Shown in pieces: positions 1 to 8,702 of a stretch of 64,000 nucleotides of DNA (position 1 is its first letter; the number at the start of each line of letters is the position of its first letter). Origin of the DNA: Candidatus Undinarchaeota archaeon (lineage in GTDB: Archaea > SpSt-1190 > JASMDC01); contig CAZFHY010000004.1 of assembly GCA_964519305.1 (NCBI GenBank), positions 32,001 to 96,000 of the forward strand. The letters run 5' to 3'. Below the pieces are notes generated by a model. That model saw only the letters and a program-made list of their open reading frames with translations, searched no databases and had not been told where the DNA came from. Position numbers and translations under genes: made by a program.

Positions 1-1225
1 TGGCACGGCTGGCGGCCACCACGTCCAGGTCATCGTCACCGTCCATGTCGGCCGCATGGACCTCTACGTACCCCGTGGCACCGGTGCCTAGGTTGGTGTC
101 GATGTCGGCCTTCGTCCATGCCGAGCCGTCGCCCGCCGTGTTCTTGTACCACGTCACCGTCCACTTCGACCCGATCGTCCAGTAGATGGACGCAAGGACA
201 TCATTGTCGCCATCTCCGTCGAGGTTCGCGGACTCCACGGCGTATCCGGCAGCGGTCTCGGAATCCTCGATCGCGCGTTTCGTCCAGCTCCCTTCTTCCA
301 ACTCGTACCATGATACGGTATCGCTGGCACCCGCGACAGCGACTAGGTCCATCACAGCGTCGCCGTTGACCTTCGCCGCGTCCAGGTCCGCCGTGGTGCC
401 GATATCGGAGTTTATCGAGCTCTTGGTCCAGCTGGCACAGTACCCCTGTCCATTCTGCCCGTTCTGGTACAGCTCCTTCACCTCGTAGGCCTCCAGCGCC
501 CGGTTGAACACGGCGACCTCGTCGATGGTCCCCTTGAAGGCGCCGATCGTGTCGCCTGTCTCGGAGACGCCGATGAGGAACGTGCCGGCCCCGGTATCGA
601 GGTTGCCGGTGGCCTCGCCTATGATACGCTGCTGTCCATCGACGTACAGCGCCTTGTGGGTCCCGTTGTAGGTGGCGGCGAGATGGTACCACGTCCCGGT
701 GCTGAGCGCCGAGTTCCATATCAGGTTGACATTGCTCGGACCGTTCGTGGTGCGGAAGACGGGTTTCATGAACGAATCGATATAGAGGGCATAGGCGTCC
801 TGGTCCCCCGATGTCCTGCGGTTGAGGACCCAGAATGTCTGCTCGATGGGGGCGACAGGCATGAATATCCACGCGGCAACGGACACGGCCGAGGACAGGA
901 CCAGCGAGCCGCCGGCGCCACAGTTGATGTACCGGTTCACACCGTTGAACGTCAGGGAGCCACCCACCTTGCCGCTGCCCGACCAGACGGGACCGTTCAC
1001 CAGCGTACCGTTGTTTGCCCCGACCGAGTCATACCCCTGTTTCCACTGGGTATCGAACGTCCAGTAGCTGACAATACCGCACGAAGCGGACGGTGCCGTG
1101 CCGAGATGCGCGATGAGGGCGAGGACGAGGAACAGTGTCAGGCGGAAGCTCGCGTGGTGTCGTGCAAGGGACACGTAGGTCGGTCCCGTGACGTCCTGCC
1201 CATCGCTCCTCCCTCTGTTGACCAT
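1..1225 (-). CDS. Secreted LamG-like jellyroll + FG-GAP/VCBS repeat surface protein (partial, 3' end outside window)
   Basis: Manual translation; not in the ORF track because the frame has no stop in the window. Hydrophobic signal LTLFLVLALIAHL, LamG motifs IVSYWTFD...WYHLAATYNG...LYVDG...FKGTIDEVAVFNRAL, then FG-GAP repeats ANLDGDGDNDVLA and ADMDGDDDLDVVA. Start is ATG 1225 or GTG 1174. Confidence 0.88.
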   Translation of the reverse strand, partial: MVNRGRSDGQDVTGPTYVSLARHHASFRLTLFLVLALIAHLGTAPSASCGIVSYWTFDTQWKQGYDSVGANNGTLVNGPVWSGSGKVGGSLTFNGVNRYINCGAGGSLVLSSAVSVAAWIFMPVAPIEQTFWVLNRRTSGDQDAYALYIDSFMKPVFRTTNGPSNVNLIWNSALSTGTWYHLAATYNGTHKALYVDGQQRIIGEATGNLDTGAGTFLIGVSETGDTIGAFKGTIDEVAVFNRALEAYEVKELYQNGQNGQGYCASWTKSSINSDIGTTADLDAAKVNGDAVMDLVAVAGASDTVSWYELEEGSWTKRAIEDSETAAGYAVESANLDGDGDNDVLASIYWTIGSKWTVTWYKNTAGDGSAWTKADIDTNLGTGATGYVEVHAADMDGDDDLDVVAASRA

Positions 1226-1314
1226 ACCCCTTCTCCTACCGGTATCCTGGCCCATGTGGCCAGGAGCACCGGTCCATCGGCCGGTCGCCCACGTAGCTAA
1301 GTGGGGCTTCGTTC

Positions 1315-4300
1315 TTACGATTTCTTCTTCCCCTTTCCCTTCGTGTCCTTCTTGGCCTCGGCCTTTGACGCGTCCTCCTCTTCCTTCGTGAGGACCTCGT
1401 CAGTCTCCTTGGCACCGAGCATCATATCAAGGACGGGTTCCACGACGCCCTTGAGGCCGGTGAGGCGCAGGAAGGACTCGGTGGCCTTGAACTCGTCAGG
1501 GCTCAGCGAGTGGATACCAGTGATCTCGTCGACGACTATGTGACCCTTCTCCACGAATCCGGGCATGTACTCCCCCGCCTTGCCATGCCCTGCCTTCCAG
1601 ATGACCTTGTCGAGGTCAGCTGCGGTGAGAGGCTGCTTGTAGAGCGTCAGGACGAGCTGATACCCGTCGGACACCTGCTTGGCTATGTCGGCGTTGGACG
1701 CGCGGTAGCGGTCTGCGAACAGGCTACCGAGCATGCACTCTCCGGCGAGTTCCGAGAACTTGTGTCTCGACAGTTCGGTGGCCAGCTTCTCCTCGAGGAA
1801 GTTCGTGAGCCTGCGCTTGACGGGGTCCACCAGCGGCTGTACCGCTTCGGCCTTCTCCACGTCCTCCTCCTTGAAGTACGCCGGCGGTTCATCGAACATA
1901 ACTCCCGCTTCTTCCTCCTCACCTTCTGCGGGCTTGCGCCACTTCGTCTGGTAGGTTTCCTTGATGTTCTTGATCGTACCAAGACCGACATCGCCGGTGA
2001 GACCGTCCAGCACGATCGAGATCTCGTTCTGGAGGTCGGAGGCCCTGACCCATCGGTGCATGAGCTGGTACTCCTCGGGCGTTATCGCGTAGATACCCGT
2101 CTCGGGATCCTGGTCCAGCACGCCCAGCGGCTCGATGAGCATATCGATGATGGGTTTGGCGTAATCCGTCTCTCCACCCCACATCGCCTTGGAGAGCTCC
2201 ACGGACGTCTGTGGTGAGCGGTACAAGATAAGGAGGATCTGGTTCGCGATGCGGTAGGTCTCGGCGAGGTCCTGCTTGTCCTCGGCCTCCATCTGCTCCG
2301 CTTGTGACAGGAGGGCGGGTGCTGCGCACTGCTTTGCTAGGTGTGCGACACCCTTGTCCACCATCTTGTCCTTGATCTTGTCCTGGACCTTGTTCATGGC
2401 CATGCCGTAGGCCTTCTTCTTAGCCAGGAAGGCGATACCCTGTCCACCGATGGACTGTACCGCCGATGCTGCCGCCGTGGCCGAGCCTGTCGAGGCTGCA
2501 ACGGCCGACGCGGTCCCCGCACCTGCCGCTGCTGCACCTGTGGCCGCGCTGCCTGCTGCTGCAGCACCTGTGGTCGCTGCGCTACCCGCTGCGGCCGAAC
2601 CAGCTGCTGTGGTCGTGGCTGCGCCCGCGGCACCTCCCGAGACGCTCGCGCCTGTTGCCATGGCGCTGGTGATGCTGGCCGTTGTGGCGCTCGCGGCACC
2701 TGCTGCGCTCGCTGCGCCAGCGGCTCCGGCCGCACCTGCTGCTCCGGCGGCCCCTGCCGCTCCGGCCGCACCAGCGGCTGCTGTGGCCGCACCCGCGGCA
2801 GCTGTCGCAGCAGCTCCGCCGCCGAGAACCTGGACGGCACCTGCGGCGACCGCTACGACGGCCGCGCCTGCTGCCGCGCTCTGGACGGGCTTCTCCTTCA
2901 CGGTCGTCACGGCCCTCTCGACGATCGTCTGCGGTTCCGGTGTCGGCTGTGGTGCCACCGACCGCGAACCGTCGGGCTGGTGGGTCCACTCGATCTCCAC
3001 GGATGGATTGAGCTGAAGGGTCGTTATGATACCGATGGCATAGGTACCCTTCTGTGTCTTTACCGCGAGCACCATTCCCTTGCGCAGGGTGAGGTTCGGT
3101 TGGTAACCGGTCTCGGGCACTTCCTTGACGTCCTCCACGGAGGTCGCGTCTAGCTCGAGCAGACCGGACTTGTCCGACCGTGCCTTTAGCGTGCCCCCCG
3201 GGAGCAGTTCGATATCGCCCGCACCCGGTTGTGCGTCCTCACCGTTCATGACACCGAGGGGCGCCAGTGTCAGCACCTGGCCGATACCGATCTTCGTGGT
3301 GAAGTGCTCCAGCCCGTGCTCGTCCACGGCAGGCGTGGGCATGGGCGTGGGCTCGGGCGTCGGTTCAGGGGTAGGTGTAGCTGTTGCGTTGGCGGTGGCA
3401 TTGGCTAGGACCTCGGGCATAACGGCCGGACCCTCGCACGTGCGATTGTCAAGGCAAGCACCTTCGGGGCAGTCATCGTCCGTGCAGCAGAGGTCGTCGG
3501 CGATGCACGCCTCACCGCACTCCTTGAAGTCGCTCGCGCACTGACAGGCGTCATTGACGCACTCCGCGTTCGCAGGACAGGTCACTCCACCACAGGCCAC
3601 TGTAGTGTCGGCCCGCAGGGCGTAGCGGAAGAATCCCTTCCATGCAGGATTGGACGCTACATTGATACCATAGGCACCAGCTGCGAGCTCAAGCTCCTCC
3701 ACACGCTCCTTGTCCCCGCCGGAGTCCATCTCCTTGACGACGTTGCCCTCGTTGTCGACGATGGTGGCCTTTGTCCATTTCCAGCCGGTGCCATGGGCAT
3801 CGCTGGCGTGGAAGGACACGCTGATCTTCGAGTCGGAGATGAGGATGAGACCGTAGAGATCAGTGTCGCACACGTCGCTCAGGGAAGTGCATGCAACAAC
3901 GCCCGTCTCCTCCTTGCCGAGGGCCAGGCTGGCCGCCGTGTCGGGTGTGCTCCCCGCCTCGTCGGTTAGGCACTCGGGGCAGGCGTCCGACTCAGACACG
4001 GTGAGGCTCACGTCAGCGCTCTCGGTCGCTGTTGTGGCGAGCCGCACAAGGTAGGTCCCAGGGATGAGCACCGTAAGAGCCTCCTCCTCGGTCGCGGTCA
4101 CCTCGACGATCGCGTCGGGCGACGTCACGTCCAGCACGAGCGAGGCCACGGGACCGGACATTGCGGCATCGACGGCGATGCTCACCTCTGTCGGAACGGT
4201 TAGATTGAAACCGTACCACGACACCTTCCCGGGTCCGGCCGTCGTTGTGACAGCGGTCCCGAGCTCGAGCCATGTGAGCGTCACCTTCTCCTTCTCGGCC

Positions 4301-5856
4301 GTAGTGAACCCCCACTTGTAGTCCAACAGGGTGTTGTCCCACGGGTCCTGGAAGCCCGTGATGTGGAGTTCGACCTCCTGCTCGGGATCGAGCCTCTGCG
4401 TCAGGTCGACGATGATAGTGGCGTTCTCGAAGTCGATGTCGTGGAGCACCTGGACCTCGACACCGTCCTCGAGGATGGTCGCCGTGATGTTCATGAAATG
4501 ACGGGCCATGACGGTGTTGTTGCCCATGAGGCCCATGTACAGGTCGAAGAAGGTCTTGTTGAGGATGAGATCCGCCCTTGTAAGGGCGTACGAAACGTTC
4601 ACCGCACCGTCCTCGGGGTCCTGTCCGACGAGGATATCTTCGGTATCGGGAACATCGAAGAAGTACCCCGTGCCATCGGGCTGGTAGGCCCACTTGAAGG
4701 TCATCGATTCGTTCGAGACCTCCTTGACAACGAGCTTCGCGTACTTCTCGTCCGCGGTCTGGAATATGTACACGGCCCCCGCTGTCGTGGGGACGTTCTT
4801 CCACTGGTAACCCGACGGTGTGGCGACACCCACTGAGTCGAAGTCATCCTCCTGTGCGAGCACGCCATTGATGCCGCCGATGCGGATATGGGTGCCGTTG
4901 AAGTTGAAGTCAGCTGCCAACCCCTCTACCTCGGGGAACCACGACTCGTACACAACGCCCTTTCTGAATATGAAGGCCTCGCCGGTACCGGAACCCTCGT
5001 GGTGCTTGATGGTCGAGGTCCTGAATGTTAGCTCCGTAAGGTCGCTGTACTTCTCTGTGAGCTCGTCCTTCCTGCAGGCGCCCGACTGGTTCACGTAGAT
5101 GTCGACCGAGGAGGGGAAGTTCAGGCAGTCATTGCGTACGAGGATCGCGATCTCTCCGACCTCGAACCGGTCCTCGAGACCGGACGAGCGGACAGCGTCG
5201 TAGTCCGCCATGAACACATCGGTCTGGCCGTCAGCGTCGAGCACGGAGAACTCCACTCGCGCGGTCCCCGATGTCCCGACGAACGTGACGTTGACACCGC
5301 AGAAGGTCACAGGCTCGTCCTTGTTGATACGGACCTTCTCCTCCTTTGATGTGGCCTTGATCTCAAGGGCAGGCTCGGCCGTAGGCTCAGGCGTGGCTTC
5401 GGCCGTCGGCGTGGGCGTGGCTTCGGCCGTCGGCTCGGCGGTCGCCACCAGCGTCCTGCTCCCATCGTCCTGGAGGACGAACTCGACATCGAGCATGTAG
5501 ACCATGTCGGTCGTATGGATCAGGAACTTCACGTAATTGTTCTCTGCAGTGCGGACGACGTAAACATGACCGTCAGCGATGGTAGCGCTTGCGGTGTATC
5601 CCGTGTCAGGCGCTTCGGTCACCGAGTCCAGAGTGACCTCGCCCATGTCGATGATGGACGAGTTCGTGAAGGTGCCCATATAGTGGAAGTAGACGTCACC
5701 GGCCCCTTCGACGTTGGTGTTCTCCGAGAAATCGAAGAAGAAGTTCTCCTCCATCTGTGAGCTCGTGGTCGTGAGGGCGGCGATCCCTGTGTGCATCAAG
5801 AGCACGGAAAGGACGACGATCATTTGGATGACCGGGGATTTGGAAAGCTCTACCAT
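1315..5856 (-). CDS. ~1510-aa multidomain surface/membrane protein: 3 repeats ending QxDGS/T, Ig-like, PPC-like and Cys-rich modules, PT linkers, Ala/Gly tract, C-terminal duplicated wHTH-like region
   Basis: 1524-aa ORF; signal peptide IVVLSVLLMHTGIAA; likely ATG 5856 downstream of a TTTAAA box near 5900; internal repeats visible by eye. Confidence 0.85.
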   Translation of the reverse strand: MVELSKSPVIQMIVVLSVLLMHTGIAALTTTSSQMEENFFFDFSENTNVEGAGDVYFHYMGTFTNSSIIDMGEVTLDSVTEAPDTGYTASATIADGHVYVVRTAENNYVKFLIHTTDMVYMLDVEFVLQDDGSRTLVATAEPTAEATPTPTAEATPEPTAEPALEIKATSKEEKVRINKDEPVTFCGVNVTFVGTSGTARVEFSVLDADGQTDVFMADYDAVRSSGLEDRFEVGEIAILVRNDCLNFPSSVDIYVNQSGACRKDELTEKYSDLTELTFRTSTIKHHEGSGTGEAFIFRKGVVYESWFPEVEGLAADFNFNGTHIRIGGINGVLAQEDDFDSVGVATPSGYQWKNVPTTAGAVYIFQTADEKYAKLVVKEVSNESMTFKWAYQPDGTGYFFDVPDTEDILVGQDPEDGAVNVSYALTRADLILNKTFFDLYMGLMGNNTVMARHFMNITATILEDGVEVQVLHDIDFENATIIVDLTQRLDPEQEVELHITGFQDPWDNTLLDYKWGFTTAEKEKVTLTWLELGTAVTTTAGPGKVSWYGFNLTVPTEVSIAVDAAMSGPVASLVLDVTSPDAIVEVTATEEEALTVLIPGTYLVRLATTATESADVSLTVSESDACPECLTDEAGSTPDTAASLALGKEETGVVACTSLSDVCDTDLYGLILISDSKISVSFHASDAHGTGWKWTKATIVDNEGNVVKEMDSGGDKERVEELELAAGAYGINVASNPAWKGFFRYALRADTTVACGGVTCPANAECVNDACQCASDFKECGEACIADDLCCTDDDCPEGACLDNRTCEGPAVMPEVLANATANATATPTPEPTPEPTPMPTPAVDEHGLEHFTTKIGIGQVLTLAPLGVMNGEDAQPGAGDIELLPGGTLKARSDKSGLLELDATSVEDVKEVPETGYQPNLTLRKGMVLAVKTQKGTYAIGIITTLQLNPSVEIEWTHQPDGSRSVAPQPTPEPQTIVERAVTTVKEKPVQSAAAGAAVVAVAAGAVQVLGGGAAATAAAGAATAAAGAAGAAGAAGAAGAAGAAGAASAAGAASATTASITSAMATGASVSGGAAGAATTTAAGSAAAGSAATTGAAAAGSAATGAAAAGAGTASAVAASTGSATAAASAVQSIGGQGIAFLAKKKAYGMAMNKVQDKIKDKMVDKGVAHLAKQCAAPALLSQAEQMEAEDKQDLAETYRIANQILLILYRSPQTSVELSKAMWGGETDYAKPIIDMLIEPLGVLDQDPETGIYAITPEEYQLMHRWVRASDLQNEISIVLDGLTGDVGLGTIKNIKETYQTKWRKPAEGEEEEAGVMFDEPPAYFKEEDVEKAEAVQPLVDPVKRRLTNFLEEKLATELSRHKFSELAGECMLGSLFADRYRASNADIAKQVSDGYQLVLTLYKQPLTAADLDKVIWKAGHGKAGEYMPGFVEKGHIVVDEITGIHSLSPDEFKATESFLRLTGLKGVVEPVLDMMLGAKETDEVLTKEEEDASKAEAKKDTKGKGKKKS

Positions 5857-6081
5857 ATTACATTCACCTGACAGGCCTTCTTGGCCCATCGGGGACCATT
5901 TAAATTCCTTTCTTTCGGGTGCATGCGGGCCGGGTGTGTCTTAGCTCCGTGATCAGTCCACGAGATAGGTCGGGATATGTACAGGGCAAGTAGGAACGAG
6001 AAGCAGGTGGATTCATGCGTGTTGATACGGCCGCTGCGCGCCCCGTTCGCCCAGAACGGGCTAGAATTACTTTTTTCCTAC

Positions 6082-6102
6082 GATTAATAAGCGTTATTAA
6101 TC
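6082..6102. promoter_or_regulatory. Perfect inverted repeat GATTAATAA-gcg-TTATTAATC (putative operator) between divergent genes
   Basis: 9-bp arms with a 3-nt spacer, about 30 bp upstream of the TATA box TTTTAAAA (6132-6139). Confidence 0.5.
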
Positions 6103-6162
6103 CGAGCGGGCGAACGAACCTGTCCGAAAGGTTTTAAAATCCCTGTTATCAACAACCATGAT

Positions 6163-6459
6163 ATGTCAGAGCACTCTGTGCCGCCGGGGAAGGAGTTCTA
6201 CTTCAAGACCCATGACAACCGCATAGTCGCAATCGCTCGCAGTCTCGAGGAGTTCCGTGACCTCCTAAGGGAGCTCCAGACGGAGGCCGTGCTCTTCCAT
6301 CTTCGGGACAACCGCAATGACTTCGAGAGCTGGGTGCGCGGCGCGGTGAAGGACGAATCCCTTGCCGACCAAATCAAGGCTATCAAGGAGCTCGACGGCG
6401 ATCCTGAGATGATCAAGGCCAAGCTGTGCCAGGCCGTGGACGGGAAGCTCGAGGTCTGA
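6163..6459 (+). CDS. DUF5752-family protein
   Basis: FYF...ARSLEEF...L...FH...NDFxxWV...DxxLA pattern; TATA box about 25 nt upstream (leaderless). Confidence 0.75.
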   Translation: MSEHSVPPGKEFYFKTHDNRIVAIARSLEEFRDLLRELQTEAVLFHLRDNRNDFESWVRGAVKDESLADQIKAIKELDGDPEMIKAKLCQAVDGKLEV

Positions 6460-6467
6460 CGGTCCCG

Positions 6468-6920
6468 ATGGTCGACTGCATCTCCCTCGCCCTCGTCATG
6501 AGGGTGTGTGCTCCTGTCACCGAGCGCGTCGCACATCTACGTGACGTTGAGCATGAGCGTTCTGACATCAACGTCCCCGTTATCCTCCGGCTCCATGCGA
6601 CTATGAAGGGGCTGGACGATGCCTGCTCGCTGTCCGTTGAGCTCGCCCGGCGTGGACAGCTACCCGAATCGCTCAAGGCACAATCACTTGCCGAGCAGCA
6701 CGCGGAATGGGTGCTCTCCATGCTCAAGGCCGACGAGGCGTTCTTCGCTTTCCTACTTGCCGATCTGGATTGGGAGCAGGTGGATACGACGCTCCGCGAC
6801 CTTCGCTGGTACATGGAGGAGGATTACCGGACCGTGGCCAGCGGGCACGGGAACGTGGATGCCTTCCGTGAGCTCATGACGCTCGTATGTCGCGAGATGG
6901 AGCGTCGCCTCTTCCGGTAG
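6468..6920 (+). CDS. Hypothetical helical protein
   Basis: ORF directly downstream of the DUF5752 gene; ATG 6468; protein-like composition. Confidence 0.6.
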   Translation: MVDCISLALVMRVCAPVTERVAHLRDVEHERSDINVPVILRLHATMKGLDDACSLSVELARRGQLPESLKAQSLAEQHAEWVLSMLKADEAFFAFLLADLDWEQVDTTLRDLRWYMEEDYRTVASGHGNVDAFRELMTLVCREMERRLFR

Positions 6921-6950
6921 CTTTTTATTCTATGATGCCGGACCACCGCT

Positions 6951-7024
6951 GCCTCGGTAGCTCAGCTGGTCAGAGCGGCTGACTTGTAATCAGCAGGTCG
7001 CGAGTTCGAATCTCGTCCGGGGCT
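6951..7024 (+). tRNA. tRNA-Thr (anticodon TGT), no intron, CCA not encoded
   Basis: Acceptor stem GCCTCGG/CCGGGGC, D arm GCTC..GAGC, anticodon arm GCTGA-CT TGT AA-TCAGC, T loop GTTCGAATC; TTTTTAT upstream and a T-tract at 7031-7037. Confidence 0.97.
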
Positions 7025-7203
7025 TGCTTCCTTTTTTCATATCCATTGAGACAGCCTTCCCCCAAGATTGTCGTATGGATCCGTGTCGTATTTCTATAGT
7101 TATGGTGCATCCTAGGTGCGCAGAATCACACTCGTCGGTATGCCCTTAAATACAGTCTACACCTGCGGCGCGAGGACATCGAAAGAACACCACAGGTGAT
7201 ACC

Positions 7204-7941
7204 ATGTATATGGAAAAGGACGGATGTATGCTCTGCAAGGCGGCTAAATATACAGCTGTCGGTCTGGCTATGCTGACCGCCGTTGGTACGGCCCTGCCCC
7301 CGACATACGTTGAGAACGAACCCGCCTACCAGCAGGTCGAGATGGTTGAGGTCATGGACAGGCCAGCGTATGAAGTGCAGATCCCCGGATCCAAGGCACC
7401 GAAAGAGGATGTCGAGCAGTCCAGTTCCCTGTACGACATGACTGCCGGCCTCTGGGGTGAGGTCGAGGATTACGCCCAGAGCGTGATGGACGGCGCCAAG
7501 GGCCTCATCATGGAACAGATGATAACCGAGTCGAGGAGCCGATACGACACCGTCGAGGAGACGGTTGAGGCGATCAAGGCGGGTGTGAACGCATACAATG
7601 CGAACCACGCCCATGAGAAGGACGAGGTCGGCACGTGGAAAGTCCTCAACACCATGGACATGAAGCAGAAGCTGTCGAAGCACTACCCAGACATGGACGA
7701 GACGACGCTCGTCAACCTCTGCAACCCGACCATGGCGCACAGGATGCTCGAGGACGAGGACCGGCGCCAGGTCTCGACCCTGATGCCGTGCGCCATCGGC
7801 GTGTACGAGAAGGCCGACGGTATCTACGTATCGGGATTCAACATGGACATGATGTCGAAGGTCATGCCAGGAGAGCTCGGTGATATCCTCGACACCGTGG
7901 CAGAGGCCGATCATGAGATCCTGCAGGACGTGATCGAGTAG
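7204..7941 (+). CDS. Exported/anchored DUF302-domain protein
   Basis: N-terminal hydrophobic segment; C-terminal DUF302 motifs LCNPTMA and LMPCAIGVYE. Confidence 0.75.
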   Translation: MYMEKDGCMLCKAAKYTAVGLAMLTAVGTALPPTYVENEPAYQQVEMVEVMDRPAYEVQIPGSKAPKEDVEQSSSLYDMTAGLWGEVEDYAQSVMDGAKGLIMEQMITESRSRYDTVEETVEAIKAGVNAYNANHAHEKDEVGTWKVLNTMDMKQKLSKHYPDMDETTLVNLCNPTMAHRMLEDEDRRQVSTLMPCAIGVYEKADGIYVSGFNMDMMSKVMPGELGDILDTVAEADHEILQDVIE

Positions 7942-8246
7942 GCTCCCACGTAAATTGACATAGGAGTGATTGGGCCTCGGGACGTGACCCGGGGCCTCAT
8001 TATTTCTTACAGAGAAGGGTTCGTGTCAATCGTTGGGCGAGTAATCAACACTTATCATGAGATTAGGATACCCCCTTTTCCCCGGGGGAAGTGGTGCGAA
8101 ATATTTATATTCAGAAAAAAGGATTCTTTGGTCCAAGCGAAAGGGCTGGCAGTATATCAGGGCGGTTCAGGGACGGACGGTCTTGGTGTCAGCTTACGAA
8201 CCTGGCTGTCGCCAGGGGGACGCTGAGGGTACGCGAGGAACAAGGA

Positions 8247-8702
8247 ATGGTGCAGTTCATATCCCCGTTCGATCCATCTGCTTCATCACTTGATCCTTTC
8301 GACGATACGCTCGAGTTCGATTCTTATTACAGTGGATCACGGGACCGCGATTCTGATGATGCTGTCAACTACGCGTTCTCCTATGGAGGCGCGTTCGACT
8401 CCTCCAGGACCTTCACATCCATGGACGGAGCGAGCGAAGGGGGCAGCTATACGGCGAACCGGTACTATTCCAGTAAGACAGGCGGTAATCCGTACTTCCG
8501 CTCGATGCTGGGGGGCATCCGGGACATGGTCAGTCTTGGTATCCTTCCTGATGACCTCAGTGAAGGGTATGTCACCGTCAGCGGTGTCACCACTCGAAAT
8601 CCGGGAGGCGGGAGGATGCTCGATTACATCAGCCATCTCCTGACGATCATGGACCTGACCGGGACCGCCGAACAGGTTGGCAATGGCTTCTATATCGAGT
8701 GA
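8247..8702 (+). CDS. Hypothetical Ser/Gly/Tyr/Asp-rich protein
   Basis: ATG 8247 with AGGA upstream; the stop overlaps the start of the TrmB gene (GTGA). Confidence 0.55.
   Translation: MVQFISPFDPSASSLDPFDDTLEFDSYYSGSRDRDSDDAVNYAFSYGGAFDSSRTFTSMDGASEGGSYTANRYYSSKTGGNPYFRSMLGGIRDMVSLGILPDDLSEGYVTVSGVTTRNPGGGRMLDYISHLLTIMDLTGTAEQVGNGFYIE

Noticed and set aside
201-872. 223-aa minus-strand ORF and nearby plus-strand ORFs
   Set aside because: Off-frame shadows of the LamG/FG-GAP gene.
2450-3016. Plus-strand Ala/Pro-rich 188-aa ORF
   Set aside because: Antisense mirror of the Ala/Gly tract of the 1524-aa gene.
6951-7024. tRNA as an integration site for a mobile element
   Set aside because: I saw no integrase, transposase or duplicated tRNA 3' end in the window.
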